DNA from: an uncultured delta proteobacterium
GTDB taxonomy: Bacteria; Desulfobacterota; Desulfobacteria; Desulfobacterales; JAFDCJ01
Direction: 5' to 3'
NCBI GenBank assembly: GCA_963769935.1
Contig: CAVYNY010000001.1
Coordinates: forward strand, 102,471 to 166,470
DNA: 64,000 nt
A program made the translations under genes and the position numbers. This document shows, one piece after another, positions 1 to 10,849 of the stretch; position 1 is the first letter of the stretch; each line of letters opens with the position of its first letter. A model generated the notes under the pieces. It had not been told where the DNA came from. It worked only from the letters and a program-made list of their open reading frames with translations, and ran no database searches.

Positions 1-92
1 AAAGGACCCGATCCCAGGGAGGCCGAATCTGATTTCACGCCGTCAGGGTGGCGGTTGCTTTCAGAGTTCACATGGAATGGAGGAATTCATCC

Positions 93-719
93 ATGCCAAA
101 TACAGAAACCGAAAACGTCATCAAATTGCCCGCGCCGCAGCACCGCGGTCTGGTATCGGTTGAACGTGCCCTGGCGGCCAGACGGTCAATCCGCAGTTAT
201 AATAACACGCCGTTGGAGCTGGAAGAAACCTCCCAGCTTTTGTGGTCCGCGCAAGGCATCTCCGATTCCCGCGGCTATCGGACGGCGCCGTCGGCCGGCG
301 CATTGTACCCGTTGGAGATATATGCCGCGATCGGCAATGTAAAAGATCTGGCAGCCGGAATTTACAAATATAACATCGGCGAGCATGCGCTGGTGGAAAA
401 GGCGGCGGGTGACCTCCGCGAGGATATCTGTCGTGCGGCCCTGCATCAGAGTTATATTGCTGCAGCGCCGGTTGTGCTGCTGCTTTGCACGATAAATGCG
501 CGGGCAATGAATAAATACGGCGAGCGGGCAATGAGATATGTTTTTATGGAAGTCGGCCATGCCGCCCAGAATGTTTGTCTGCAGGCGGTGGCCCTCGGAT
601 TGGGAACGGTGGTCATCGGCGCCTTTCGCGACAGTGACGTCAGAGCAGTAGTGCATATGGCAGAAAACGAACAACCGGCCTGCATTATGCCCGTCGGGCG
701 ATATAATGTTCAGATATAG
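93..719 (+). CDS. SagB/ThcOx-family nitroreductase (FMN-dependent dehydrogenase)
   Basis: RRSIRSY, RTAPSAGALYPLE, EVGHAAQN and GLGTVVIGAF motifs; GGAGGA RBS before ATG 93. Confidence 0.9.
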   Translation: MPNTETENVIKLPAPQHRGLVSVERALAARRSIRSYNNTPLELEETSQLLWSAQGISDSRGYRTAPSAGALYPLEIYAAIGNVKDLAAGIYKYNIGEHALVEKAAGDLREDICRAALHQSYIAAAPVVLLLCTINARAMNKYGERAMRYVFMEVGHAAQNVCLQAVALGLGTVVIGAFRDSDVRAVVHMAENEQPACIMPVGRYNVQI

Positions 720-758
720 ACGCCTAACGGAGGTCAGAAGACAGAGGACAGAGGTCAG

Positions 759-815
759 CGGCGCCGTAAGCGGCCAGTTGGATCGAAAAAGAAACTAAAT
801 GCAGTTTCATACGAG
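759..815 (+). mobile_element. Family A GTCAG-targeted element, minimal copy
   Basis: Follows GTCAG; contains GATCGAAAAAGAAAC and ends AGTTTCATACGAG like the copies at 31636 and 56841; sits in CAGAGGA/CAGAGGT heptamers. Confidence 0.65.
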
Positions 816-847
816 CAGAGGTCAGAAATAAAAAGGGAGAACGCTTC

Positions 848-2186
848 TTGGATGCCGGCAAAAAAGCAGTATGGGGATGGGCCATGTATGACTGGGCCAA
901 CTCAGTCTATGTCACCACTGTTATGGCCGGATTTTTTCCGGTATTTTTTAAACAGTACTGGAGCCATGGCGCCGACGTCAACCTGAGCACCGCCCAGCTC
1001 GGCTTCGGCAACTCGATTGCCAGCCTGATCGTTGCGCTCATGGCGCCGGTGCTGGGAGCCATCGCCGACAAGGGGTCCGCCAAGAAAAAATTTTTGATCC
1101 TGTTTGCCTATCTGGGCGTTTTGATGTCCATTGCCCTGTTTATGGTCCAGAAAGGCCACTGGGCCACGGCTATTTTTGTATATACCATGGGCATCATCGG
1201 TTTTTCAGGCGCCAACATTTTCTATGATGCCCTGCTGCCAAGTGTGGCCGCCGAAGATAAAATAGACTATGTTTCAAGTCTGGGTTATTCAATGGGATAT
1301 CTGGGCGGTGGATTGCTGTTTCTGGTCAATGTGTTGATGACCCTGATGCCCCAAAAATTCGGCCTGCCGGATGCGGCGGCGGCCGTCAGGGTTTCCTTTT
1401 TAACGGTGGCGGCGTGGTGGGGACTGTTTACCATATTTACCATTGCCTGGGTCAAAGAGCCTAAAACCGGCTCACCGGTCGGCGGCGATGAAGGTGTCGT
1501 CCGGGCCGGTATTCGACCAGCTGGCCGGAACCTTTAAAAAGATGCGGCACATGCGCGTCGTCTTATTGTTCCTGCTGGCCTACTGGTTTTATATCGACGG
1601 GGTGGACACCATTATCCGCATGGCTGTGGATTACGGGCTTTCCCTGGGATTTGAGTCCTCCGATTTAATTATAGCGCTTTTAATTGTTCAGTTCGTGGGC
1701 TTTCCGGCGGCCCTGGTGTTCGGCAAGCTGGGCCAGAACTGGGGCGTGCGCCAAGCCATTTATCTGGGTATCGCCATTTATATGGGGGTTACCATCTGGG
1801 GAACGCTGATGACCCGGAAAAACGAATTCTACATTCTGGCGATTGCAATCGGCCTGGCACAGGGCGGTATTCAGGCGCTCAGCCGCTCCTATTATTCCCG
1901 CCTGATTCCAAAAGACAAAGCGGCTGAATTTTACGGCTTTTACAACATGCTCGGCAAATTTGCCGCCATCCTGGGTCCGGTTTTGATGGGCGTCGTCGGG
2001 TTAATCGTGCGCCGCCTGATGATGCCGCCCTCCCCCACCGCAGCGCAGCTCGTCGCCGTCGGCCGATTGGCATCGCGCTGGAGTATCGGGTCTCTCTTAA
2101 TACTCTTCGTGGTGGGGGCGGTTCTCTTTTATTTTGTCGACGAAGACAAAGGGCGCGAGCAGGCGAAATACCTTGCCGCCGATTGA
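848..2186 (+). CDS. MFS transporter, UMF1/Atg22-like, frameshifted near 1510
   Basis: WAMYDWANS N-half (848-1537) and YWFYIDGVDTII...SRSYYSRLIP C-half (1443-2186) lie in different frames. Confidence 0.85.
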
Positions 2187-2293
2187 CCGGGCCGGCCTTG
2201 CGAAGTCAGATATACCCGTCGCTTCATTTCAAACAAATACTCCTCCGTGCAGACCACTCCGTCTGAATCCAATCTTTCCAGCATTCCAGTGTT

Positions 2294-2393
2294 CCCTGGC
2301 CCAGACCGTTTTTAACATAAATCTGATTCTATCTATTTTTTTAAACTGGGACAAACGTACTTTAAATTCTCAGTACCTCGCACCAGGGCGGGC
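2294..2393 (+). mobile_element. Family B 100-bp fixed-end element, copy 1
   Basis: CCCTGGCCCAGACCG...TCGCACCAGGGCGGGC; ends shared with 11701 and 57442. Confidence 0.75.
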
Positions 2394-2661
2394 CATCATT
2401 CCACGGCCGATGTTTACTTCTCCGACCTCGCCGCCAGGACCAGGTTTTCAATATTCGAAAGAAATTCTTGCATCAATTGCAGTTAACCTGACCGCAAATT
2501 GCCGTTCAGCAAAGGAGAAGATTTGCAGATCCAAAAAAGATTAATGAAATATTTATAATTACCGATAAAGAATATACCCGCTATTTTGAATTAACCACCC
2601 GGTTGGCAAAAGCGGAATCAATCGCGGAAACAAGATAAAATAAATACAGAAGGAAGGAATT

Positions 2662-3210
2662 ATGGATCAAAGTTCATTTTTAAGAGTATGCAAATTTTGT
2701 GGTGAAGACTTTGCCAAGTCCGTCAAAGAGTGTCCCCACTGCGGCAAAAAGGTGCAATCCGGCATGTTGTTGATGCTGATTATAGGAATCGGCTGTCTGG
2801 CACTAGCGGCGGCATTTGCGATTCCCATCAGCAAAAAGCAGCCGGACGATATGAAAATGATCGCAATTGCTCCGGTTGACCAGGTCGACACGGTCGAACT
2901 GGCAACCCTGTTTAACGACCGCAAGGTGCAAATAACGCCGCGGGCACAGAGAAAAGCCCGGGAAATCACCGGTAAGGTTGTTCAGTGGGAACTGGAGGTT
3001 TTTGTAGTCACAAAATCCGCCGATTGCTATCAGGTTCTGACGAAACCAACTAAAAGTGCTCCTGGAACCCTTTCGACGGTTTACCCCCGCAACAGTCAGC
3101 AACAAAGCTACCTGGACAGCATCAAGCCGGGAATGACCATCCCAATAAAGGGCAAAATCGCAGGCATCCGGCAGGGAAGGATTAAGATTAATCCGGCTTT
3201 TCTACTTTAA
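2662..3210 (+). CDS. Zinc-ribbon membrane protein with probable C-terminal OB-like domain
   Basis: CKFC-x9-CPHC followed by one TM helix. Confidence 0.65.
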   Translation: MDQSSFLRVCKFCGEDFAKSVKECPHCGKKVQSGMLLMLIIGIGCLALAAAFAIPISKKQPDDMKMIAIAPVDQVDTVELATLFNDRKVQITPRAQRKAREITGKVVQWELEVFVVTKSADCYQVLTKPTKSAPGTLSTVYPRNSQQQSYLDSIKPGMTIPIKGKIAGIRQGRIKINPAFLL

Positions 3211-3226
3211 CATGCGCAGCATACTG

Positions 3227-3323
3227 TAATTAATCCGCCGGAGCTTCGATCGAACGACTTTTGTCAGTTTTAAAAGAAAACTCCAAAATCATGAATGCAT
3301 TATTCTTGAGGGCGGATCAATCC
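3227..3323. mobile_element. Family D element with TAATTAATCCGCC terminal inverted repeats
   Basis: Left end GTAATTAATCCGCCGGA(G/C)CTTCG shared with 36647; right end GGCGGATCAAT. Confidence 0.6.
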
Positions 3324-4109
3324 GCTGACGATCGACTGGAGCTTACCGGCATCATTGGAGAATATCCATTCCACGCCGCGGTTGATTTCCCGGAACAGGC
3401 AGTTTTTCGATCCGGGATACCCGGTACCGACCTTTTGTCCCTGTGCCTGGTGCCTTGCCAACAGGGCATTGTTCAGCAAGAAATAGTGCCCGGCCACTCC
3501 CCTCATTTTTTTTTCCAGGGCCAGGTTGCTGAGCCGATATAAGTTCCACTGGGCAATCGGGATAAACGTCGATGCCGGCACGAAAGTGATCAGGTCGAAC
3601 ATTTGGCGGGTAAGAGACATCAGATGATAGTCGATCTGCGGCTCGACAGCAGAAAAACAGTGCTTTAAAATCTGATTTTGCTGCGCAGGATCAGGATAGT
3701 CTTCGGCTTTTATCTCGACCATCAAATGCAATTTTTTGCCGAACCTCTGAATCACCTCCGACAGTGTAGGAACCTCAGGGCACTCGGACTTCAACGTCTC
3801 CAGTTTGACGTCCGCCACGGTGAGATTCAGGCCGAAGACTCTTTGCAGATTCGCATCATGGATCACGACCGGCCGCAGGTCTTTTGTCCAGCGAATATCG
3901 AACTCGATTCCCCAAACCCCTGCAGCGCCGGCTCGGTCAAAGGCCGGCAGGGTGTTTTCGAATACGCTGCGGTTGTCGTATTCACCGCGATGAGAAACGA
4001 TTTTACAATTCGCTAACTGCTCTAATCCTGGAAACGGCTGCGGCCATAACGCATAGAAACCGTCGAGCACCCTTTCCAATCCATTTTGAATATAAGAAAA
4101 GAATTTCAT
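3300..4109 (-). CDS. Glycerophosphodiester phosphodiesterase family protein
   Basis: SHRG...ENTL, IEFDIRWTKD, VIHD and VEIK motifs. Confidence 0.9.
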   Translation of the reverse strand: MKFFSYIQNGLERVLDGFYALWPQPFPGLEQLANCKIVSHRGEYDNRSVFENTLPAFDRAGAAGVWGIEFDIRWTKDLRPVVIHDANLQRVFGLNLTVADVKLETLKSECPEVPTLSEVIQRFGKKLHLMVEIKAEDYPDPAQQNQILKHCFSAVEPQIDYHLMSLTRQMFDLITFVPASTFIPIAQWNLYRLSNLALEKKMRGVAGHYFLLNNALLARHQAQGQKVGTGYPGSKNCLFREINRGVEWIFSNDAGKLQSIVSGLIRPQE

Positions 4110-4295
4110 TTTAATCCCAAATCGATTATGAACAGAGCTTACGGAATTGGTGATTAAACCATCTTTTCCGGTTTCCGCAGACACGGGATTTCAGCAGCGC
4201 TCCAACCGGCTGGAATCTATTATACACGCAAAGCCCACGAAGGCAATCACGAAAATCTCACTCCTGCCGACAGCACAGGTGTTGCAAGGGTCGAA

Positions 4296-5156
4296 ATGAA
4301 AAAATCGGAAAATTCCAGCCGGGAAAATCGGGGCACCATCCCCGGCAATGTTATTGAAATAAAAAAAGCAGCGGCTATTATTCAAAAAGTCCAGGTTAAT
4401 ATACCGTTTACCATGTTGTATGATACCTATCTGGATGCATTCATAACCAACGGTCTAAATCCGGAAATCGGTCTGGATGCCGCTGCCTTAGACCGATTTA
4501 CTTATGAGGATTTCAGTTGCATTGCCGGGGAATTTCGTAAACACTCCAGGACCGTCACGCTTCACGGACCCTTTATCGATTTAAACCCCGGTTCCATGGA
4601 TTCTGCAGTGCGGCGGGTGACCGAACAGCGCTTCGAACAGCTGATCGAGCTGGTTCCGCTTTTTGAACCCAAATCGGTAGTCTGCCACGCCGGCTACGAT
4701 GCCAAACGATATGATTATTTCAAAGACACCTGGTTGGAAAAATGCCTGGAACTCTGGTCCCGGCTGGCAAGCCGTCTGGCCGAAAACGGTTCCCGGCTGA
4801 TGCTGGAAAATGTATATGAAGATGGCCCGGAAGATATCCAGGTCATCTTTGAAAGGCTTAAAGACCCTGCGGTCGGATTTTGCCTGGACAGCGGCCATGT
4901 ATCCGCTTTCAGCCAATCCGATCTTGAAATGTGGCTGGAAGTTCTGGGACCGTATCTCGGACAGCTTCATCTCCACGACAACTTCGGCAACTCGGATGCG
5001 CACCTGGCTCTTGGCAGGGGCGACATCGATTTTAGCAAAATATTCAATTACTTGAAAAATACCGCCGCTAAAAGACCCATTATTACCATAGAGCCCCACC
5101 GGGAAACCGAACTCTGGCCGAGTTTGGAGTATCTCGCCCAGGCGTGGCCGTGGTAA
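4296..5156 (+). CDS. Sugar-phosphate isomerase/epimerase (AP endonuclease 2 TIM barrel)
   Basis: LHGPF, LENV, CLDSGH and LHLHDN...DAHL motifs. Confidence 0.85.
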   Translation: MKKSENSSRENRGTIPGNVIEIKKAAAIIQKVQVNIPFTMLYDTYLDAFITNGLNPEIGLDAAALDRFTYEDFSCIAGEFRKHSRTVTLHGPFIDLNPGSMDSAVRRVTEQRFEQLIELVPLFEPKSVVCHAGYDAKRYDYFKDTWLEKCLELWSRLASRLAENGSRLMLENVYEDGPEDIQVIFERLKDPAVGFCLDSGHVSAFSQSDLEMWLEVLGPYLGQLHLHDNFGNSDAHLALGRGDIDFSKIFNYLKNTAAKRPIITIEPHRETELWPSLEYLAQAWPW

Positions 5157-5284
5157 GCCTGCCCGCCATTTCTGAAATAGATCGACCCCCAGGCGCAAAT
5201 TCTTATTAAAGCCTGATCAAAAACGGCCGATATACACCTTGTATCGGTTGAAAAATCATTTAATCTCCCATCAGCAGGAAGGCC

Positions 5285-6763
5285 ATGACAGTGATCAACC
5301 AGGACGGAAATGACACCGGCAATAAAGCTGCGCCGGTGCCTATAGAAGCCAAGACAATGGTCCTCAGCCGGCCCAAAGAAAAAGTCATAGGGCCGCGGCT
5401 GGTTTGCACTACTGCGTCCGGTGAAAGCAAGATCTTTCCTCTCAACAAGTCGCAAATTGTGATCGGGCGGTCCGTGGAAGCCGATCTCAATCTTCTCGAT
5501 CCACTGGTATCCCGCAAACACTGCGTCATTGAAGAGCGCAACAACACGTATGTCGTCCGGAATGTCAGCACTACCAATCCCCTGTTGCTAAACGACCAGG
5601 CGATCGTCGAAAAGCGTCTTTATGCCGGAGACCAACTGAAAATAGGCTCTGCCGCACTGGCATTCATTTCCGACCGTCCCGAGGATGTTAAAAGACTTGA
5701 CACGAAGATGATCAGACAAAAACAGCAGTGGGGAATTCGCTTCTGGATTGCTGTTTCCCTGCTGCTGGTTTTTACGGTTTATTATGGGTATTTTCAGGCC
5801 TACACGCCGCTCAAGATTAAGTGGGCTCTAAACTCAGTAGCCAAACAGATTCAGGCGGGAAAATTCATATCCGCTCAAAATACACTCAAACATATTTTGG
5901 ATCTGGACTTGCCTCTGGAGCAGAGCCATCAGGCAATGGAGCTGCTTGCGCAAACGGCGCTTGCAATCACGGAAGAAAAATACCAGCATGAAGATCTGGA
6001 TTCGGCAATGGAATATCTGAAGTCGTATCTGGCTGAATACGGTGCCGGTAAACAAGCGGAAATTCTCTGGGATCGGCTGGATTATTATCGTTTGAGTCTG
6101 GCGCAGCGTCTGGAAGGCGAAAAAAAATTTCAACCGGCCTTGAGGGAGTACGCCGCTATAAAGGAAGACAGCATTTATTTCGAAGAAGCACACAAGGCCA
6201 TCCGCCGGTTATGGTTGATACACCAGCAGCAAACCCGCCAGGACCAGACGCTGGCTCAATTGTTGAAGGAGGCTGAAGTCCATTTCCAGGCACAGCAGTA
6301 TCTTAAACCGGTCAATCAAAATGCCTATGTCCTGTATCAGGCCGTTCTCACCCTGGAACCCCGGAATGCGCTGGCCCTCCAACGCATTGACCAAATGAAG
6401 GCATTTTACCGCGAAAACGGTGAAAATTATTTTGCCAAAAAAAATTGGCCCAAAGCCCTATCCTATTTTGAACGCTACTATCTCATCGATACCGACACCA
6501 AGGAAGTAAATAATAAAATGAAATTCTGCCGCGAGAAATTGGCCGACGCCAGAGCCCGGGACCGCGACGCCATTTATGCTGAAGCTTCTTCAAAGAAAAA
6601 GTCACAAAAATCACAGCCAAACCATCAAACGCAGGCTGAAAAGAAAGAACAGATCAAACGCATGTTGGAAGAATCGGGTACCGAAAGCTCCTGGATTATG
6701 AAATATCTTTTCGAAGACCAAAAGAATGAAAAGAATGATAAAGATAACGATAAACCCTGGTAG
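5285..6763 (+). CDS. FHA-domain membrane protein with TPR-like helical region
   Basis: IGRS...VSRKH...STTN FHA motif, one TM helix, helical repeats. Confidence 0.8.
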   Translation: MTVINQDGNDTGNKAAPVPIEAKTMVLSRPKEKVIGPRLVCTTASGESKIFPLNKSQIVIGRSVEADLNLLDPLVSRKHCVIEERNNTYVVRNVSTTNPLLLNDQAIVEKRLYAGDQLKIGSAALAFISDRPEDVKRLDTKMIRQKQQWGIRFWIAVSLLLVFTVYYGYFQAYTPLKIKWALNSVAKQIQAGKFISAQNTLKHILDLDLPLEQSHQAMELLAQTALAITEEKYQHEDLDSAMEYLKSYLAEYGAGKQAEILWDRLDYYRLSLAQRLEGEKKFQPALREYAAIKEDSIYFEEAHKAIRRLWLIHQQQTRQDQTLAQLLKEAEVHFQAQQYLKPVNQNAYVLYQAVLTLEPRNALALQRIDQMKAFYRENGENYFAKKNWPKALSYFERYYLIDTDTKEVNNKMKFCREKLADARARDRDAIYAEASSKKKSQKSQPNHQTQAEKKEQIKRMLEESGTESSWIMKYLFEDQKNEKNDKDNDKPW

Positions 6764-6789
6764 GTCTATGGCAGGCAGAGAGCAAACCG

Positions 6790-8451
6790 ATGGCTAAAGG
6801 CTATCCACCAAAATCGCGGCATTTCGTGACAGGGCTTTTGTTCATTATTTTGATCGCCGGCGGCGGAAGTTCCTGTGCACTTCGGATCCTTCAGCCGACT
6901 CCGGCGCCGTCCATTCTCGAAGAGGCTAAACTTCCATCCCGAGTCGCTATTTTGCCGTTCGTAAACAAAACATCGACGCCCGAGGCCGGCACGCTGGTTC
7001 GCAGGATGTTTTATAATTTTTTCGGCTCGTTGAACTACCAGGATATCGAACCGTTTGTCATCGACGACAATTTAAGAATAAATGAATTGTACGCGGATGT
7101 GATTGCCGGCAAAAACGTGTCGCCGCAAAAACTGGGGCAGCTGCTCGGCGTGGACGCCGTTATATACGGCGAAGTAACCAGTCTGGGAAAAATATTTGCG
7201 CTGGTATATGCCGATAATCAGGCCGGGCTCAAAGCACGGATGGTGCGCTGCGATTCCGGTCAGACCGTCTGGGAGCTTGAACAGACCATCCATATAGAGG
7301 AAGGCGAAGTGCCGATGAGCCCCATCGGATTGGCCACGGCGATATTTAAGACCGCCCTCAGTCACACCCGGGCCACTCACATGAAAGCCGCCGCCGAATT
7401 GTGCATGCAAATGGTCGCAACCATTCCGAACCCGCCCGGGGTTAGTCAACCGCCGCCCAAGATTCAGGCCCTGGTGCACAATGGTGCCGGCCAATTGCTG
7501 GTACCCGGTGATTATTTAAAAGTTGCCATGATTGCTGAAAAAAACCGGCTCGCCAGCTGGAGCCTACCGCCGCTGATTGATAATCTTCCGATGAAAGAAA
7601 AGGAACCGGGTGTTTACATCGGCGCCTACCGGATCAAGGCCAAGGATCGGTTGCCCCACGGGAGGCTGGTGGGGTATCTGCGCGGCAAATCCGGTCTTGG
7701 CAGTCAGTGGGTGGATACGTTGGGACCGATCAAGATCGGCCAACCAACCGTGCTGCCACCCGTAATTGCCAAGGATTATGTCTTAAGCATTGAAAAGAGT
7801 CCCTATCTGGTAAACGATGCGCTGCTGGTCAAGCCCGGCGCCAAGCTAACGATGAATCCCGGAACCGTGATCTGGTTTCGCAGCCTGGGCCTGATCGTCA
7901 AAGGGGAACTTCACATTTTAGGGACCGAAAGTGATCCGGTGCGGTTGTCAAGTCTGGGAGCAGCCGGCTGGAAAGGTATTTTCCTGGACCACAGCCGCAC
8001 CGAAAATGAAATTCGCTATTGTACAATCTCGGATGCCGAATTCGGTTTCAGAGCCAGCAAATCAAAGGTATCAATCCAGAACAGCCAGTTTCAGTACAAT
8101 GTCTGGGGCATAGTAATGGAAGAAAGCAGCGCCGAAATTTCCGCCAGCCTCATTCGAACATCGGAAAAATCAGGCATCGCTGCCCGCAAGGCCAGCATTC
8201 TGGTCAAGGATTCCGTCATCACTGAAAACAGCGCCGGCGGATTTTTGCTGGAAGGCAGCCGGGCCGAAATCGAACACAATAATATTATAAATAACGGCGG
8301 CTGGGAGGTTAAAGTGCTGGATGATAAAGGCCAGGTTAAAGCCGCCCAAAACTGGTGGGGTACCGAGGATCCGATCAAAAACGAGATTGTCGGTCCCGTC
8401 GCCGTCACGCCGATTCTGAAATCACCGATTGCGTTCACGGTTTTGGAATAA
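6790..8451 (+). CDS. Lipoprotein: DUF799/GNA1162-like N-domain plus right-handed beta-helix domain
   Basis: Lipobox-like GSSC; VAILPF...LGVDAVIYGEV; SPYLV...NWWG beta-helix repeats. Confidence 0.7.
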   Translation: MAKGYPPKSRHFVTGLLFIILIAGGGSSCALRILQPTPAPSILEEAKLPSRVAILPFVNKTSTPEAGTLVRRMFYNFFGSLNYQDIEPFVIDDNLRINELYADVIAGKNVSPQKLGQLLGVDAVIYGEVTSLGKIFALVYADNQAGLKARMVRCDSGQTVWELEQTIHIEEGEVPMSPIGLATAIFKTALSHTRATHMKAAAELCMQMVATIPNPPGVSQPPPKIQALVHNGAGQLLVPGDYLKVAMIAEKNRLASWSLPPLIDNLPMKEKEPGVYIGAYRIKAKDRLPHGRLVGYLRGKSGLGSQWVDTLGPIKIGQPTVLPPVIAKDYVLSIEKSPYLVNDALLVKPGAKLTMNPGTVIWFRSLGLIVKGELHILGTESDPVRLSSLGAAGWKGIFLDHSRTENEIRYCTISDAEFGFRASKSKVSIQNSQFQYNVWGIVMEESSAEISASLIRTSEKSGIAARKASILVKDSVITENSAGGFLLEGSRAEIEHNNIINNGGWEVKVLDDKGQVKAAQNWWGTEDPIKNEIVGPVAVTPILKSPIAFTVLE

Positions 8452-8457
8452 GCCCTA

Positions 8458-8578
8458 GGAATGTCGAATGTCGAAGGAATAATGTCGAACGAAGGAATTT
8501 TATCTATTCCATTTCTTTAAAGGCCGGAGCTAAGCGACATCCACAATTTGTCATTCGTCAATCGACATTCGACATTCC
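8458..8578 (+). repeat. Family C palindromic element with AATGTCG/CGACATT arms
   Basis: Inverted heptamer arms around GAAGGAATTTTATC...GGAGCTAAGCGACATCC. Confidence 0.8.
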
Positions 8579-9091
8579 CTATAGTCTTTCCACTATCCAA
8601 TCCTCCAAATCTTTTAGCACCTGCTCTCTTTGCGCCGGCGGTTCATTATAAATTTCATGTTACAATCCCTTATAAACGTGCAGCGTTTTGTCCGGCACTG
8701 CCAGCTTTTCAAAAAATTGCCCGGCAGCCCGCGCACTTACCAGATGATCGTCGCCGGCGACCTGCATCAGCATTGGAATTCGGATGGATGAGACCTGCTG
8801 ATTGACAGTTTCCATGGCCGCCATTAATTCGGTAAAGAAACGGGGGCTGATTCGATCATGAACCAGCGGATCGTTTATATAGGTACGGACGACATTTGGG
8901 TCGTGACTGATTTTGGCGGCATCCAGCTCGTTGCCCAGGGTGAGGCACGGCCAAATGTAAGACATGATGGATCCCAATATCTTTTTCCCGGCGGGTACTT
9001 CGATAACCATCCCCAGGGCCGGCGATGAAGCCAGTACCCCATCAATCATTTTCGGAAATCGCTGGACATAATGAAGTGCGATCAAGCCGCC
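8579..9091 (-). pseudogene. Alpha/beta hydrolase (lysophospholipase-like), 5'-truncated with internal stop
   Basis: Begins at GGLIAL just after the missing GHSM nucleophile motif; TAA at 8660-8662 replaces Tyr in GLYHE; the frame continues HEIYNEP...VERL*. Confidence 0.8.
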
Positions 9092-9247
9092 GTACCTTAA
9101 TTAACTAAACCTCACCAGTTGTCAGGGAGCAAATTACAGCCTTGAATGGACGGTTTATCAGGGCGGATTAATTTGACATTTGACTGGCTTTCTGTCAAGA
9201 GATCGGATGCCATAAAGCAGAAAGGAATGATTCTCTCAGTTAGCGCT

Positions 9248-10849
9248 ATGCATATTAAAGCCGTTTTATTCCATCTTGAAAGTTCGCTGGTTCTGCCGGA
9301 CAGTCTGGCCTTGGCAAATATCAAAGCGTCAATCGGCTGCCCGGTTGATACCGACCCCCTTGATTTTATCCGGAGTCTGAACAACGCCGAGGATAGAAGA
9401 CAAGCCCGGTCCAAACTGGCGCCTCTCGAGCTTGAAGCAGCCGCGAGCTCAAGGCCGTCGCCCGACGCCCGGGAAATTTTGCAATACCTTAATTTGAAGA
9501 ATCTGCGCCTGGGCATAGCCACCGGCGGCAGCCCGGCTCTCGTTGACAACCTGCTGCAAAAGCTGTCCCCTGTCACCGCAGCGGATTTCGATGTGGTCAT
9601 CGACCGCGGTGAACTCCCGGCCTATACCGCGGATACCAATGCCGTTCAGCTTGCGGCCGCAAAAATGAACGTCGCTCCCGACCAGCTTCTCGTCGTGGCG
9701 TCGGACGCGTCGGTTCTGCGGGAGGCCCGGAAATCAGGAGCGGTATCGGTCTATTTTAACCGATCGACAGCGTCCGGGACAATACGTTCCGAAAGTGCCT
9801 ATCAGATATCACAGTTAAGGGAACTCAAACAGATCGTGCGCCTGGGCATCCCCCTGCCCGCCGGCAAACTGCCGAATGATCTATTACGCGAGTTCTTGAA
9901 CCAGTTTGAATTCGATGATCCTTCGATTCTCATCAATCCGGGAATTGGTGAAGATACAGCCGCGGTGGACGTCGGACCCGAGGAGGTACTGGTGCTCAAA
10001 TCGGACCCCATTACCTTTGCTACGGATTCCATCGGCCAATATGCCGTGCTGATCAATGCCAATGATATTGCGACCTCAGGCGCCCGACCCCGCTGGCTGC
10101 TCACCACGCTGTTGTTTCCCTTCGGAGTCACCCCTTCTGAGATCAAGCGGGTGATCGACGAGCTCAAAGAATTTTGCCGGCGCTGGGATATCACCCTGTG
10201 CGGGGGGCACACCGAAATTACGGATGCCGTTACCCGGCCGGTGGTTGCCGGAATGATGGCAGGGACGGTCGCCAGAAAGAATCTGATCGACAAACGCAAT
10301 GTGGCGCCCGGCGACAGGGTGCTGCTCACCAAGGGCGTGGCCGTCGAAGGCACGGCAATTATTGCCCGGGAGTTCGGGAGCCGTTTGGGAAAATTCGGTC
10401 TGACTGAATCGGAGATTGAAAGGTGCCGGCAGTTTTTAACCCATATCAGCATTCTTGCGGAAGCCAGGATCGCCGCAAAATCGAAGGCGACCAGCGCCAT
10501 GCATGACGTCACCGAAGGCGGGCTGGCCACGGCTCTTGAAGAATTGAGCATCGCCTCAGAAAGCCGGATCAAGATTAATACGGATACAATTCCCGTCTTT
10601 GCCGAGACCCGCAAAATCTGTCGGCTGCTGAATATTCAGCCGCTGGGTCTTATCGGCTCCGGCAGCCTTTTGATATGCTGCCGGCCAACCGGTTGTGATT
10701 CCCTGATGAAATCCCTCCGCGAGGGCGGGATCGAAGTCACCTGTATCGGTGAAGTCCTGGAAAAAGGCCAGGGTATTGCCGCTTTTGAAGACGGCCGCCA
10801 AGCGGCCTGGCCTCAATTCGAGGTCGATGAGATAACGCGGCTGTTTTAA
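9248..10849 (+). CDS. HAD-like domain fused to AIR synthase-related (PurM/HypE/ThiL fold) domain
   Basis: N-terminal HAD-like fold; GKLP, PGIGEDTA, NANDIA, GGHTE and MHDVTEGG motifs. Confidence 0.8.
   Translation: MHIKAVLFHLESSLVLPDSLALANIKASIGCPVDTDPLDFIRSLNNAEDRRQARSKLAPLELEAAASSRPSPDAREILQYLNLKNLRLGIATGGSPALVDNLLQKLSPVTAADFDVVIDRGELPAYTADTNAVQLAAAKMNVAPDQLLVVASDASVLREARKSGAVSVYFNRSTASGTIRSESAYQISQLRELKQIVRLGIPLPAGKLPNDLLREFLNQFEFDDPSILINPGIGEDTAAVDVGPEEVLVLKSDPITFATDSIGQYAVLINANDIATSGARPRWLLTTLLFPFGVTPSEIKRVIDELKEFCRRWDITLCGGHTEITDAVTRPVVAGMMAGTVARKNLIDKRNVAPGDRVLLTKGVAVEGTAIIAREFGSRLGKFGLTESEIERCRQFLTHISILAEARIAAKSKATSAMHDVTEGGLATALEELSIASESRIKINTDTIPVFAETRKICRLLNIQPLGLIGSGSLLICCRPTGCDSLMKSLREGGIEVTCIGEVLEKGQGIAAFEDGRQAAWPQFEVDEITRLF

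Noticed and set aside
1..75. Possible 3' tail of a riboswitch before the nitroreductase gene
   Set aside because: Cut by the window edge; too little sequence to support a call.
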